The notes: generated by a model from the letters alone, not told the origin. A stretch of DNA of 64,000 nucleotides from Fimicolochytrium jonesii (GCF_025526975.1 NW_026515685.1:248001-312000); one strand, 5' to 3'; shown: positions 33,698 to 48,094, counted from the first letter of the stretch. Numbers and translations are program-made.

Positions 33698-35128
33698 ATG
33701 CACCCGCGGCTACCCCCACTACGCATCAACTCCGACGCCGATATCCCCGCATACCTCTCAGCGCTCGTGTCGCTCCGTCGCCAATTTCGTCTGGATGGTC
33801 GGGAAGATAAACGGAGACTGCGGCCTGTGGATTGCCGGCGGCGGGTGCTGAGTGTCCCGGATGATACGGATTCTGGGTATGGTGAGGCCGAGGAGGAGGA
33901 TGAGGTGGAAGGTGCGGCCAGCGAGGAGCATGTGGTGGACGATGGGGTTGTGCTCGAGGACGAGCGGGACGACGACGAAGGAGACGACGAGGAGGACACC
34001 GAAACAACGGTATCCGACCTCGCCCTCTACACCCCCGCCCTCACAAACTGGCTCTACCGCCGCACCGAAGACCTCGAACTCCTCTCCTCCCCCGCCGCTT
34101 CCGCCGCCCTCGACATCACCGCCGCCGTCCTCTCCTCCCTCTCCAACCCCCCCTCAACCCTCATCGAACAACCCAGTCCCACCACCACCGAATCCCAAAC
34201 TCATACGGAATCATATACCTTTTCCACCCACACGTTGACTTTGACGGAGCCCTCGGCCTCGCACACCGGCAACGACGTCGAGATCGGGAATCAGGTCTGG
34301 AACGCCGGGATCCTGCTCGCGCGGGTGTTCGATACCCGTCTGGACGCCCTACCCTTTGACTTCCGCACCAAGCGACATGTGTTGGAGGTTGGCTGTGGGA
34401 CCGCCGTCGCGAGCATCTGCGCGGCAAAGGCGCTGGAGCGAGCGGATGAAAACGGCAACCCGGCGGTGGTGATCACCGCCACCGACTACCACGCCTCGAT
34501 CCTCAGCACCGCTCGCTCGAACGTCCTCCAAAACGGCGTCGCCAACACCGTCCGTGTCCGCGGTCTGGACTGGAACCACTTGGGGCCTGAAACGAGACGT
34601 GACTTGCTCTTCGATTCCGCTGGGACCGACAGCTGTGATGACACGGCGCCAGTGCGCGAATACCCACCGATCGACGCCATCATCGCCTCCGACGTCGTGT
34701 ACGACCCGCACCATGCCGTGCTGCTGCCGAGGGTCCTGCGGGAGGTGGTGGATACGTCTGCCTCCGATCCCGATCCCAATCCATTCATCCCAGCCCACCA
34801 AGACAAAGCGCATGTCATCATCCTCAACCGCATCCGCCCGCAATTCATCGACAGCATCGTCGCGTTTGAGCGGAATATGGCGAGGGAGGGGTTTGTCTGT
34901 ATCAACACTACCGCTCCCACAACCACCACCAAAGAGAGTGATACCGCGGACGAGACGAACGCACAGGGATACCAACAACAGGGCCAGTGGGTGGAAGACG
35001 TGATTGGGGCCGCGGACTGGAAGGGCGAGAGGCGCCGGTATCGCTTTTACGTGTTTACGTATGAGAGGAAACGTGCTGCATCAGCATCGGCGACATCGCC
35101 GTCGTTTAGTGATATGGCGTTGAGATGA
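33698..35128 (+). CDS. Seven-beta-strand protein-lysine methyltransferase (Methyltransf_16, Efm2/METTL21-like)
   Basis: IGNQVWNAGILLA, VLEVGCGT (motif I), ITATDY, LDW and DAIIASDVVYD. Confidence 0.9.
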   Translation: MHPRLPPLRINSDADIPAYLSALVSLRRQFRLDGREDKRRLRPVDCRRRVLSVPDDTDSGYGEAEEEDEVEGAASEEHVVDDGVVLEDERDDDEGDDEEDTETTVSDLALYTPALTNWLYRRTEDLELLSSPAASAALDITAAVLSSLSNPPSTLIEQPSPTTTESQTHTESYTFSTHTLTLTEPSASHTGNDVEIGNQVWNAGILLARVFDTRLDALPFDFRTKRHVLEVGCGTAVASICAAKALERADENGNPAVVITATDYHASILSTARSNVLQNGVANTVRVRGLDWNHLGPETRRDLLFDSAGTDSCDDTAPVREYPPIDAIIASDVVYDPHHAVLLPRVLREVVDTSASDPDPNPFIPAHQDKAHVIILNRIRPQFIDSIVAFERNMAREGFVCINTTAPTTTTKESDTADETNAQGYQQQGQWVEDVIGAADWKGERRRYRFYVFTYERKRAASASATSPSFSDMALR

Positions 35129-35605
35129 GATGGGCGGAGTTGGGGTGGATTTTCCGGATTGGGGATACTGAAGGACGTGATTTGGGGTTATTCAGGATGT
35201 GGTGACGGTGGTATTGGGACGTTGGCGTAACTTCTTCGTCGTGGTGCATAGGAACTAGATAGATGGGTTCCTCGCAGTCACTCTTGGCGAGGAGGCGTAC
35301 AGAGAAACATTAGGTAGCCGGTCTAGACATTTCATTACAGTACATTCTTTAGCGACATATTATTCAGAACGTCGATCGCAAACCGATTATGGGCAGGTAC
35401 ATTGTCTATGACAGAGTCTGAGCCAAATAAAGTAAGGTTCTCACGGCATAGAACGCGATGGACAACAAGAGAAGAAAGGGAAATAGATACAAGTAAGGGG
35501 GATACGTCTAATCAGAGGCGGGAAGACACCAGGGGTACGCCGTGACGAGAGTCTAAGGGAACAGAACTATGTAAGGTAGAAATGCCCGGCTCAACGGAAG
35601 GGGAT

Positions 35606-36728
35606 TTACAAAGCGACGAGAGAACCGATCATCATAGTCACGAGTCCCGCGCCAAAGACCTGGAGGCTGCTAGCAGAGCTGGTGCTGTTGGAGCCAGAGC
35701 CACCGGCGGCGCCTGCGCTGCCTGAGGATGCGGGGGGGGAACCACCATTGCCGGCGGTCGCGGTCGCACCTGGGGCGGGAGCGGTACTGCTGGTGGTGGG
35801 TCCGGTAGGCGCAGCACCCGAGATGGTGTGGTTGGCGCCCGAGGGGCCGTTCTCACCGCAGGCACGACGGAGACGGATGTTGGAGATCTTGTAGACAGAG
35901 TTGAAGGACTTCCAGTTGATGAAGGTCACGTCCTTCAAGTGGACAAAGTCAAAGGCCGGGCCGGCTTGAGTTGGTCCAGCAAGGGAGTAGAATGGCACAA
36001 CCACCTATGATGAGAAGAGTCAGAACCGGAGCTGGGTGCCTTGCAGTAGAAGAGTGATGAGGGGACTTACCGTCTGCTTGGTGGTGCCATCGGGCGTCAC
36101 GAATTGTGTCAGAGGGAGGTACTTGCTGTCGTACTGTGAGGTCTCCCCACCAAGACGCTCGTGGCAGTCGGCCGACTTCTGGGTCAATCCAATGTCGAAA
36201 GATCCTCCCACGGGAGCAATGATGTCAAAGGAGAGAGAGTTGAAACCGGAAAGGTCGAAACATGCACCAGCATCCTATGGTGGAAACATGAAAAGCTTGA
36301 ATCAGCAAAGGGTCGTAGAAGTCAATCGTGGGAAACGACCCAAAATCGAGCTAATCTTCGTAGAGTTTTGAGATGCTCGATGACGGCCGTCGGCATTTTT
36401 TACTTACAAATTTGAAGAAGAAGTAACTTGCGCCGGAAACTGGGGTGACCTCCACGTCCTTGTTAGCAACGCTGACGTTGAACTTCAAGGTGCCGTCGGT
36501 TCCATAGTCACCACCAAGAAGGTTGACCTGTCTGGGGTCTTTCTCGCCTTGGATTGGGAGCATAGACCGGTTGTAAACATGGAAGTCGTCGACCAGAATG
36601 TCGGGCCCGCAGTTGATGGTTGGAATAACTGTGTGGTGGAAGATACCATCCAAACCGGGGGAGGACTGGGCCAATGCCGAAGCGGCGAAGGCGGTTGCGA
36701 CGATCGAAGCGGTGATGAAGGAGTGCAT
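35606..36728 (-). CDS. Secreted, probably GPI-anchored cell-surface protein; 3 exons (36728-36408, 36274-36071, 36004-35606)
   Basis: Signal peptide MHSFITASIVATAFAASALA, a globular domain with Cys, a Ser/Thr/Gly stalk and a hydrophobic C-terminus. GTAAGT...TAG introns are in frame; TATAAAA about 125 nt upstream. Confidence 0.85.
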
Positions 36729-38626
36729 CTTTGAGCTGTTTACGAAGAATCGGGGCTGCCTTGGAATCCGTGAAGTGGAAAGTGGAAAGATCGGAAGATT
36801 CTGAAACAGATGCGTGGGAAGCTTGACAGGAGAAGAGCACTGCTTTTATAAACGGATCGTTGCTCGCTCACACAACGGTCCCCCTTTATTGTTTCCTACC
36901 GCATGCCTCCAAGCGAACATGCATCGACCCCTCGAGACACCTGGGGGTGACAGGGGGTGAACTGGGAACTCGGTGCAGACCACGGAACTTTGCACAAGGG
37001 GGAAACGGAGGAGATTTTAGGGGAAATTGTTGTTGTGCACGGTATCACAAGGCTCATAACGCCGCAACAAATACTAAGGCCGGTGACCCACTGGCCGCAC
37101 ACCACGGGCACAACTTCCATTTGCCCACAGCGGCCCAACCCGCGGACTTTAGGTTTTGCGTTCTAAGTTAGCGGCAGTGCTGCGGCACGGCAGCCAAGAA
37201 CGCCCAAATCATATAGCAAATGCTACGTTTTTCTCACTGTTCAATCACCGCCGCATCTGTCCTTCTGACTTCCGGGCCGCCCCGGCCATCTTCACTTGGA
37301 GTCCCCTTTTCGGCAAGTCCGCACGAAAGAAAGCTCGTCGTCATCCCTTCCTTGAAGGAGAAGCGTCCGTGAACGGCCAGGCTCCCAGCACCGCCTTGTT
37401 GTAATCGGAGCGGGGCGTGATGAGGATGCTGCGCTTGGCTACGGCGATGTCGCGCGCGTTTCAGGTGACTTGTGCACAGGCAGGCAAATTTTGCAAGCCA
37501 GAATTTTGACAAATTTTTCCTGCCTGCGCAACGGTAATCAAATTAACCCTTGTCCGAGATCCCCGGACGCCCAAAATCAAACGCGACTTGAACGCGTCCG
37601 AGTGTTGCGCTGAGCCCATGTCCCCTTTATCAGCTGGATTTTGCACTCGGGAATACACAGGAGTTGCCGGTGACGCCATGCGCTTCACTCGAGGAAGTCG
37701 TCAAGCCGAACAGAACGGTGTGGGGAGTATGCGGCGTTTTCGAAGGGGAGATCCAGGAATGGGCTGAAGGTGATGTGGGGGAGGATCCCCACTCTCGTCA
37801 ACCTCCTCCAAGCATCGTTCACTCCTCCCTCAACCCATGGCAAAACGCTTCTGCGCGGCTCGCACGCGTATCACCAAACTCGCACCCTACGACCTTGCCG
37901 ACCTCCGCACCACAATGTTATCTCTACTGAAGGAGATTGCCCAATTGGATCTTCAAACCCAGGCATATACGGTCTTGGGTGTTAGGGGAACTTGCCAGTG
38001 GGGTAATGAACGACACGTTCTTTCTGGATGCCTCGCGCAAACGGTTGGGTGGGCGAGATGGGAGAGCATTGAAGTAGGGGAAAGGGGCATACCACCGAGA
38101 CGGATGGGACGGGCTGGAGAATCGGGCAAGCGGTGGATAAGGCACAGGGTCAGTGTTGCCTTGCTGCGTCTGCGCCTGTTGAGTACGGAGATGACCTGTA
38201 GGCCGCGGGGTGGGAAGGTCCGGGCGACGCAGAGGCGACAGTGCTTAAACCCTGACAGGGACGGGGAGTCCTTGCCAACGAATGTTATAGCCAGAACTGC
38301 CTAATCAGACTTTATTAGTACTGACAACGGTGGCAGACGGTGGCTTCATCTTTGCCGCGGGGGTCGACAACGGAAAATCGGCCACAAAACCGCATTGATG
38401 GCGGCATCTGCGGTGGGAGTGTTAGATGATTGCATGTTGGACGCGAGCAGATTCAACGACGGGCGCGAGGGGGCGTGAACGAGAAGTAGGGCATCTCGGG
38501 TCTAACCAGCGCGAAGGAACCGGAACCTAATACGGCCCCAATAACTGCGAGCCCGGATGGAAGGAACGCAAAAACTTAGGAGGGAAAAGGACAAACTGGA
38601 TGAATCAAATGAACGCACCTGGAAAG

Positions 38627-40913
38627 TTATCGCCAAGCTTTCTGGAAGGTTTCAATGTCGTTCTTGATTGCCATGGTGAAACCATGAGGAACGTGGGGAC
38701 GACGAGCTGCGTTGATTGCTTGATCGAGAGTGATAGGATTACCATTGCGCGTCATCCAGGACACCCACGTCCTGCAGCTTCTCACCTTCTCTTTGTGTTT
38801 CACTTACCAGGCATCCCGGCGGACCCATCCGATGCAATTGCTATCAACCCTGAAACCAGGAGCTTTGAGTTCAGACCAATTGTGCGCATGTACGACGGCT
38901 GTCGGGCCATCTGGGACCGGAAAGTGGAGAAGGGGCTTGCTCTTGACGTCGGGTTGAAAGTCGGAGTTTGGGCAAACGCGTCTTTACGTAAGCACGTGAG
39001 ACGCGTTTTCTCACCCCCGTAACCTCTCGCCGGTCTCGCGCTCATATACCCAAAAGATCCTCGTAGACGGTACTACAAGCGCATGAAGGTCAGCGATAAT
39101 GACGGCGATGACAGTGATGTGCCCCCACTGTGACCCCGCTGCATTGCGAAAGTCTGTGGTGGGGAGCTCAAGGCCACCCCCGGGGCCATCCCAGAACGCT
39201 TGAGCGTAATTGTAGCCGTTGTCGGGTGCACCCGATACACCGTCATCAGAAGCTAAGCGAAACGACAACACGTGGGATGGAGCAGCGCAAGCCGTCGGTG
39301 TTACCATCACAGACGTGCGACGCTTTCGTAGTGGCCAGCATTTCCTTCGACAAGAGCTTCGACTGAAAGTACTACAAGTGCAAGTGTCACCCATCGGGGT
39401 CGAGGGGGATGGGCGGCTTTTGGTATATGAACCTCTCGACAAGGTCACCGGTCGTGCGCTCCGTCTTCCGCGTTGTTGGTGGACGCCCTCAACATCCCCG
39501 GGAAACTCGCCCACGCGGCCGTGTTCACAAACCACCTCACTCGGGGTCTGATGGACGGAAACTGGAAAAGACCGGGACGAAGCACGCCGGCTTCCCCTAA
39601 CAGACAGCGAAGCCTATCAGGTGATATCATTTGTTCATTACCCAGAGCCGAGCAGTGAAGCATCTGGTCGGAACGCGTCAGTTTCGCGTTGTCCGTTGCT
39701 GTTTCCTCAAAACCGGCCGGACACCCTTCCATACACCTTGCCATAAGCGACGCTTTCGGACACTTCCATATGTGAAACCCATAGGTTCCACTTGGCATCA
39801 GCGAACCACTCGGTCTGTATCCGTGCAGGAAAAAGGGTAATGTGCGCGATCTTCGAGCGCTTCGGGACCCCAAGCGCCGTCAGCGTCGGACCGGACGCTG
39901 AGTTTTGTCCGAAGTTTTCCACCTTTTGGACTTGGTGCGCGGTTTTGGACTTTTGAATTCGTTCGCACATCCTGCACCGCCGCATCACAACATGCGTTCA
40001 GAATGCCTACGTCCCTTTCACTTGATGAGTTTGATCCCACAGCCTCGGGATCCCTGCCCAAGCATGGATCACAAACTTGCCCAGTGGATTGCCGAATCCC
40101 CACATTCCCTGTGGTTTCCATTGGCAAACGAGTCCCCCAATTGCGAACCATGCCTCCCACTAGCTGCAAGTTGGAACCCAAGATGCGTTGGTGTCTGATG
40201 TACTGCTCCAAGAGAAATGGTTGTAAGCAAGCCATGAACGGGTGAGTGAAGCCCGGCATCATCCTGTGGAGAGTGCCATTCCAGTGCTTTCACTTGGGCC
40301 GCAAGACGTGGAGGACAGAGTCGCACAGTGACCCTGCAAATTCGCCGATGCCAGACAGACATATCAGCTTGAGGGCGTCGTCAGTCTGATATGAGCCGAT
40401 GCGCTTGTCCGCGGTATTGTATCCGCCCGTCGTGGTGGGATGAGCTGGACGCATCATCGCCGCATCCATCCTGCTTTGGGTTATCCTCTGGCGGTGATTC
40501 GTGGGTATATGAGAACACATCGGAAGTTGATATACCAAAACCGGAGGAGGCAAAATGTGTTGTGTTTTCCGTCACTGCCATCAGTCCAAGTATATATCCC
40601 AGTCAATGTGCACATAGCCGTTGCGTCTCACTCTCAAAGTACGCTATTACGGGAAGTGGTGGACATCTATGTGTAGGGATCGTTGCCGTCGCATTCTTTT
40701 GACGGATATCGACTTTGTCACTCTCTTCGCGGCCAATTCTTCATCTTCTACGAAGCACCTTCGAATGGGTGTAACAACATCTGCGTGGACGAGTCCTCTG
40801 ATGCCGCGTAACCCAACATCAAGCGTTCTTTCCTCGGCATCCACGGAGTGGTCATTTCGGGATCGGTTTGCATGCGACCATCCACCGTACCATGTAGTTA
40901 CGGATTCCTTCAA
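38627..40913 (-). pseudogene. Probable decayed multi-exon gene of unknown family
   Basis: Protein-like segments in alternating minus-strand frames separated by stops (e.g. LICLSGIGEFAGSLCDSVLHVLRPK*KHWNGTLHRMMPG); GTAAGT donor at 38807. Confidence 0.25.
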
Positions 40914-42158
40914 TCAGGCGACATATGCACATGCCATCTCACGAGCCTCAGACAGAGAGCTGTCCAGCGAGGCACCTGGCACCTGGCACCTTCTGCCGCT
41001 ATGGGATCCTACATGACAGACGGCGGCGGGTTTTTCCGGGCAATGAAGGAGTTATACGGATCCCCAGACTGGACACAGACGCTGCAGCTGCTCTTGCCAA
41101 AGAGCCTCAAACCACAATGCACAGATTAATTCACCTCCCAAACACGCATTGCTCTGAGAATCTCTCCCCGCTCACTTATCCTGTATTATACTTTGGTCCT
41201 GTATGCATCGAGAGGAAGTGGGACCAGAGTTCTCATTGGATGGTCTTTTTGGAACATTCCAGCCCTGACGGGGTTCGGAAGCCTCTCCCCCTCGCCCAAC
41301 TCAACGGCCCCCCCCCAAGTCGCGATTACGTCAGCAAATGAAATTGACAGGCGCGCCTAATGTTAGGTCTGTCTTTTCACGGGGCTCTCTGACGGTGTTT
41401 CACCTCCAGCGGCACGGGGCCGCCCATCCAAATCGCATCGGGAGAAAAGGCAAGTCCCCTCTTGCATCAAATGAGGACATGCACAACAACCCCCCCTGAA
41501 ACAAAGTGGTGTTGCTGAGGAGAGTTCATAACGGGGGAACGACCAATGCCCAGCCCATCCTCGGAGTCACAAATGCCCCGAGGTGAGGTAATTGGAGAAG
41601 CTATATGTATGTACCATGGACTGGGGGAAAACACGGAGGGAGGGAAAGGCAAAAGCTCAGACGCCCTTCATCATCTCATTCATCATTCATTCGGCAGGCA
41701 ACCTGACACACGCACGGCACGGCATGCCCCTCCTCTCTAACTCGCACAGTGTCTATAATTGCTTGGGGGTTCGTAGTAGTATGGGGATGGGAAGACAGGT
41801 GCGTGGGAAAGGTGGGTGTGGTGGGTCAGATTTGTTCCGTGTCAGGAAGTAGACTTGTGCGTCGTTTCGGATTGCACTGTGTTCGCCACTCCCTCCTCTC
41901 CGCCCGCCTCCCCCAGCGCCATCCCATATAAACGCCGCCCCCCTTCTCGCAGCCGCCCCAACCCCCCCCCTCCACCACCTAACCGTCTCGCTGCTCATTC
42001 CCATACGCCGCTCTCATTCACAACTTGCGCTTCCGCCCTTGGTCTCCTGGGAAAAAAAGTCGAATATACATACAGACGCTTCTTCCTCTCCCTCTCGCCC
42101 CTCCTTCTCATTGCTGTAACCTCCTCGCTCAACGACAACAACAACAACAAGCAACAAG

Positions 42159-43432
42159 ATGCTGTTCAAAAACCTGATCGTCGTCGCTATCGGCGCGGCA
42201 GTCTCATGTTCCGCCCTCACCCCGCCCATTCAGTCGCGGGAACTGTCCCTCATCGAGGAACGATCTTTGGAGGCTCGTGAACGTATGTACTTTGGTGGTG
42301 TCCGTTGGGTCGATGCAGCGTAGTTCAAAAAGCTGATTTTCATTTCCTTTCTCATTCCACAGCACATGCTGGTCATCAACATCGTCCTGCCGCTCCAGCA
42401 CGTGCCGCTCCAGCGCGAGGTGCTGCTAAGGCCGCCGCTCCGGCCAGGGCTGCTCGCCCGGGTGCAAACAGAGCCAGGAAAGGTGCTGCTGCCGGTGCTG
42501 CCGGTGCCGCCGCTCCTGCCAAAGCCGCGCCCGCGGGTGCAAGGAAAGCCAGGAAAGGTGCTGCCGCCGCAGCACCCGCCGCAGCACCCGCCGCGGGAGC
42601 TGCCCCCGCTCAGGGAGCTGCAGCCAAGAAGGGTGGTCGTCTCGGTGGTGCCGCCGCCGGCGCACAAAAGCGAGCAGGAGCTAAGGCTCAGAAAGGCCGG
42701 AAGGGTCGTGGAGCCGCCGCTGGAGGAGCCGCCGCCGGAGGAGCCGCTGCTGGAACGGGAGCCGCCACCGGAGCAGCCCCCGCCGCATCACCCGTCGCCG
42801 CACCCCCCGCCGCACGACAAGGCCCCATCAATGCCGCGCTCGGCGGAAACCGTGCCAGCGCAGCTGCCATTGGCGGCAATGCCTTCTGCCAGCAATTCAA
42901 CGGCCTTGCCATCACGAACGGCCAGCCCGTCCCCGCCGGCGGTTGCGCAACCACCATCCAAGGCGCCCTCCCCGAAGCCGTCAACATGCCGTCCACCATG
43001 ATCGTCTCCCCCGCGAACGGCGCCACCATCCGCCGAGGCCAAAACATCCCCGTCGTCGTCAACACCGCAAACCTCGTCACGGGCTTCTCCTCCAACCCCT
43101 CCACCGCTCTCTACACCACCCCGCAAACCCTCTCCGCCCAAGGAACCGTCCAAGGCCACCAGCACTTTGTCTTCCAAAAGATCGCGGGAGCCGGTGCCCA
43201 ACGCCCAAGCGTCCCCGACGCCCGCACGTTCGCCTTCTTCCAGGGCCTCAACTCCGCCGCCGACGCCAACGGAAACCTGCGCGCAACCATCCCCGCTGCG
43301 AGCGTCGCCGCGGCCGGACCGGGCATGTACAGGCTGTGCACCATGGCCGCGTCAAACTCCCACCAACCCCTCGTCATGCCCGTTGCCCAGCGTGGAGCGC
43401 AGGACGACTGTGTTCGTATCAATGTCGTGTAA
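42159..43432 (+). CDS. Secreted protein with an Ala/Lys/Arg-rich repeat region and a conserved fungal C-terminal domain of unknown function; 2 exons (42159-42282, 42363-43432)
   Basis: Signal peptide MLFKNLIVVAIGAAVSCSA; intron GTATGT...CAG in frame. C-terminal ITNGQ...MPSTMIVSPANG...PQTL...GHQH...NSHQPLVMPVAQRGAQDDCVR matches a widespread fungal family I recall being mislabelled 'ribosomal protein S17'. Confidence 0.85.
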
Positions 43433-44097
43433 AAACGTTTCCCCTCCAACATTTTGGTTCCGGTCTGTCTGTAGATATCTCCCCACTTTTCCCACCTTTA
43501 GACTCATCCATTTGTAAATGTCTGCCCCGAGGCTAGCTTCCCCTTAGATTGGTTTTTGTACATTTCGCGCGCCCTACCCCGACCCGGTCTATTGTACATC
43601 CCTGCTGGACGTAGGTTGGACACACACATACTCACTGTTGTATATGAAAAGAATAAACGTTTGATCCGAAGACTTTTTTGGGTGGATGTTCTAATGGTGT
43701 GAAGGGAAGTTCTCAGGGGAAAGCAGGGCGATTTGTATACGGAAATACCCGACCATGACAAGAAATGCGGTAATTGGAAAGACAACAAAAACTATGAATA
43801 AACAGCACGCCCCAAACTTTGGATCTTTTTTCCTCCGCTCTTGTTATCTACCTCTTCTCATCCCCGCTCATTTTTTTCTCGTCTTCGCTCCCGATGCAGA
43901 TGCACTGATACCCATCCCGCGTCGCCTGATTTCGTTTCATTCCCATTTACATCCCCCTCGAACTTGTGGTGGTTGGTCGTCCCGCTCTAACGCTACTCAC
44001 ACTTCCTAACCACGCTACCTCTATCAACCGCAGGCCGAACGAAGTTCGCGCGGGGGGCGCAAACCTACGTAGAAACTATCTATCTCCTCACTGCCCC

Positions 44098-45338
44098 TCA
44101 CATCTCCCTCTCCCAGATAGCGCGCAAATCCACAGCCCCACATTTCGGTCCCATCTGAGCATTTCGCGAAGGCGCGGTCTCGCCGGCGCCACCGCCGCTC
44201 AACCCCTCATCCCCATCATCACAGGCGCTGAAATCCAGATCCAGGTCAAGGTCCAGATCGTACGGCATCTGCTGTGCGGTCTGCTGCGGATGAGCGGCGG
44301 GCATCGGCGCAGGAGACATCGCGTAGCCGGGGAACCGCGGCTGGCGATACGCATTCGGGAGACGCATATCGCCGCCCGCCCGGTCGATGTGCAGTCCTCC
44401 CCCGACGCTCAACGCCGCCATCCGCGCCGCCAACGCCTCGTACTCATACACCCCGAGCGCCTTGATCAGCTCGCCGCGGATCGAGGGACGCGGGCGCGGG
44501 CGGGCCATCGACGGGCGGGTGGTGTACGCGGTGGGGTGCCGGGGGAAGGAGGGGGGGAAGAGCATGGCGGCGGGCGCGGCGGACCCGTGCAGGAAGCGGC
44601 AGGCCGGCCCGCGGTTGCAGATGCCTTGCAGCCAGTAGCGGCAGACGGAGTGGGTGGAGGTGGACGCGGGTGGGTGGCGCGGGGGCTTTGAGGGGTTGCC
44701 GTTTCCGTTGCCGGTACTGTTACTGTTGGTGCTGTTGGTACCGTGACGATGCGAGGCGGTTCCGTGATGAGGATGATTATGCGGGGTGCCCGCCGCGACT
44801 TTCCAGGCGTGGCTTCCCCATTCGTAACCCTTTTTGGGCTTGGTGTAGGCGAGCGGGGCGTAGACCGGTTGTGGGCGGGGATACTCTGTGATCGACGATG
44901 CGGTCGGCGGCGTGGGCGTGGGTGTGGGTGTCCTGATGCGTTGTTGGAGGGTGTGGGACAGAAAACAGGCGTCGCCGGATCTGCACCGGTGAGGAATGTA
45001 CGACTCGTCGTCAGTAAACGAAAAAACCAGATATGATATTTCACGGATGCATCGCCAACTCCCATATCCGTCCAAAAAAAAAAAAACACCAAAAACGGTT
45101 TCCCTCACCGACAAGCCCCCCTCTGCCAAAACCGACACCTCACCCCCTCCCCCTCCCTCGCTGCGTCCGTACCCCCGCAGGGCCCACAGCAACACCCGAC
45201 CTCATCCTCGGCCTCGAACGGCGGAAACGGCGCCGTCGGCGGGTACGTCTGCGCGGCCTTCATGCGCGCGTACGCGATGTACGCGGCGGCGCGGGCGGCC
45301 GCTGTTTCGTACGGCGTGTCGTAGGTGGGGTGGGACAT
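44098..45338 (-). CDS. Protein with two CCCH zinc fingers (putative RNA-binding); 2 exons (45338-45109, 44980-44098)
   Basis: Splicing out 45108-44981 (GTGAGG...GCAG) creates CRFWQRGACRSGDACFLSH; the second finger is CRYWLQGICNRGPACRFLH. Confidence 0.85.
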
Positions 45339-46833
45339 CTGGCTATTTTTTCTCGGTTCGTTGAGAAGGAGTGGGATGGGGTTGGTTGGGGGATGTGCAG
45401 TGATGAGGATGGGATGGCTATGGTCAGATTGTCCTTTTGGCTTATCTAGATATACAAGGCGGAATGAAATTTCCCCACTTTCCCAAAAAAAAAAAATAGA
45501 GGTCCCGGCCCTAGATCTATCGTTTCCTGGGTGGGGGTTGTGTGCTGCCCGTTGCTGTTTTCCTTGCACGGACGCACTCTCTGCTGCAACAAATATATAT
45601 ACTCGACAGTGGACTACGAGCTTGCGCTAGGACGCATATAGATTCACCTCCGGACGACACGAAGCGAGAGAGATGCATCTGCACACACATATTAGGGAGG
45701 CGCAAAAGGCCGATTCAGCCAATTCTAGTATCTTGGGGGGCGCGGGGAACGAAAAAGGGCAAGTTAACGGTTATGAGTGCGAAATGATGTGCAAGAAAGG
45801 TAAAGGGCAGGGACAGCAGCGGGGGGCGTTTTCCAGCAACAATAAACGAATTAATGGGGGGATGGGGCTAGCTGTAATCAATGCCTGAGACGGTTACATC
45901 TTGGTTAAGTCCGGGAAGGAACGCCTCCCGTTCAGGTAAAGGTAATAAACTCGCCCCCCCGCTCGAAGGGTTCGTCCAATTTCTGGCCGTGGGTTGTCTG
46001 ATTTTTACACCGAATGATAAAAGGCAAAACGCAAGAGAGGGGCAAAACGTCATTCGGCATCATATCATGTTTTGGGGAGGGGGGGGGGGGGGGGGGGGGG
46101 GCGAAGGATGGATGGGAGGTGTGTGTGTGGGATCATATCATATACCCTGCATAAGCCTTTTGCGCAAGTTGTTTTCCGCCCGTTTGAGACGCTTGCACGG
46201 GTTTCGCTTAGCATTGTTCTGGCTCGGTTTCCCCATCCCAGGTGCAACAACCAACGTGTGAACGCACATATGCCGGCTGCATATCGCATACCTTGCTTCC
46301 AAAACGACATCGACGGGTCTTATCACGCATACATGCACATGACGGCTTCGATGTATTTCCCCCTTCGCAGATAATAATATTGGTGCCCGGGGCCGAGCGA
46401 GAGATGATTGAATCGGCGTTGGGAAACTGGGAATTTGACAGGCGTCGTTTGTTTACGTCCGCCGTCGGGCTGTGGCGCAGTAGGGGTTGCCCGTCATTGG
46501 TGCTAGGTCGGGAACGATTGGGCCATGCTTACGTAGGGCGCGTTGTGCTCGAGACCCACTGACTGGCGCTCCATAGTAGATAGCCTTTGTGCACCGTCAT
46601 TGTTGCGCGCAGAGGATCAACCATCAAACGTTCAAAAGCCTCGTCCTGCCCGAACGACTCAACGAACGTCCCCCACCCACCAACGGGGGCCCGTCGTCGT
46701 CGTCGTCGTTTCATTGTCGTCATCGTAAGGAAGTGCGCCGCGGCAGTCATGAGCAGCACCTCTCGAGTTTAAGCGTGAAATACCCAATATTACGCAAAGT
46801 TTTAAGAAAATCAGCCCGGAACACTTCACGACA

Positions 46834-48094
46834 ATGCGATGGCCAACACAACACCCCCTCTTAGCGGGCATTAGGCCACTCCCCACCGCCCTCCTCCTCA
46901 CCCTCCTCACCACCCCCACCCTCGCTCAACGCGCCGCCTCCCTCCCCTCCGACCTCACCCTCCCCGCCGGCCTCCAAGCCTGCACCTGGCCACCACAACC
47001 AAACCACCCTTACATCCTCCTATCCCGCTCACCTTCCTCCTCCACCTCCTTATGTCTCGCTAGTACTGGAAGTGGTGGTGTGGCCCTGAGTAGTTGTAAT
47101 GGAGGGGAGGCGGCGCAGAGACTGACGTTTAGTTTAGTGGGTGGGACGACCGATCAGTACAGGATTGGGGTGGAGAGCGGGGGCCAGGGAAGTTGTGTGG
47201 CGAGTGGGAATAGGTTTGTGGGGACTGGGTCGCCGGTGCAGGTTGCGGCTCATTGTGGGGATGCGGCTGTCGCGAGTAGGTGGAGAATTGGGGCGAATGT
47301 CGAGGAGAATGGTGAGTTTGAATGAGACGGAGCGTGAGAGAGGGTCGACCAGTGCCCAACCCTCCTCATCGCGAGGCGGAGCGAGCAGGGTAACTCTTTC
47401 CCCCAACCGTTGAACACCCAACTCACATCCACCCCACCTCTCCCTCCCTCCCACAGGCATCTCAGGCCAACTCATAAACCTCGACACCACCCCCACCTCC
47501 TGCCTAACCCTCGGCAACGTCGCGGCGCGCAAAACAGCCATCAGCGGCGACTACGCGGCGCTCGCGCCGTGTGCGGGGATCTCGGCGACGAGGGAGCAGT
47601 ATATCGCGCTGCTGTCTACAGATTGTGGTGGTGCGGCGCCGGGTGTGACTGGTCCAGCGCAGGCGTCGATCTCGAATGCACCGCCGGCAGTAACATCTAC
47701 ACCCGTCGCATCGCAAACCACGATACCCACCACATCCGTATCGGTATCGATCTTGGCATCCACAGCAATAGCATCACCACCCACCCCCGTCAAACTCCCA
47801 CCCAACACCAACACCACAACCCCACAATACACAAACACCACCGACCCCCACATCCCCGGCCAACCCGCAAACACCCGCTTCCCACCCATCCTCACACCCC
47901 CGCTGACCCTCCCCTGCGACCCGCTAACGATCCTCCCCATCCGCGACCTCGCACGTATGTTGAAGGTTGCAGGCGCGTGTCTGGTCGCGCCTGTGGGTGT
48001 TGTCGGGGTGGGGTTTGCCGCGGTGGCGGGGTGGAGGTTGTTGGGGGAGGGGAGGGGGATGCGGGCGCTCAGGCTCGGAAAAGGCGAGGCTTGA
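46834..48094 (+). CDS. Secreted or membrane-anchored ricin B-lectin-like protein; 2 exons (46834-47311, 47457-48094)
   Basis: Signal peptide and three CL/CV-x(n)-C repeats (CLAS...LSSCNGGEAAQR; CVAS...AHCGD...RW; CLTL...LAPC), then a Thr/Pro stalk and a hydrophobic C-terminus. GTGAGT...CAG intron is in frame. Confidence 0.7.
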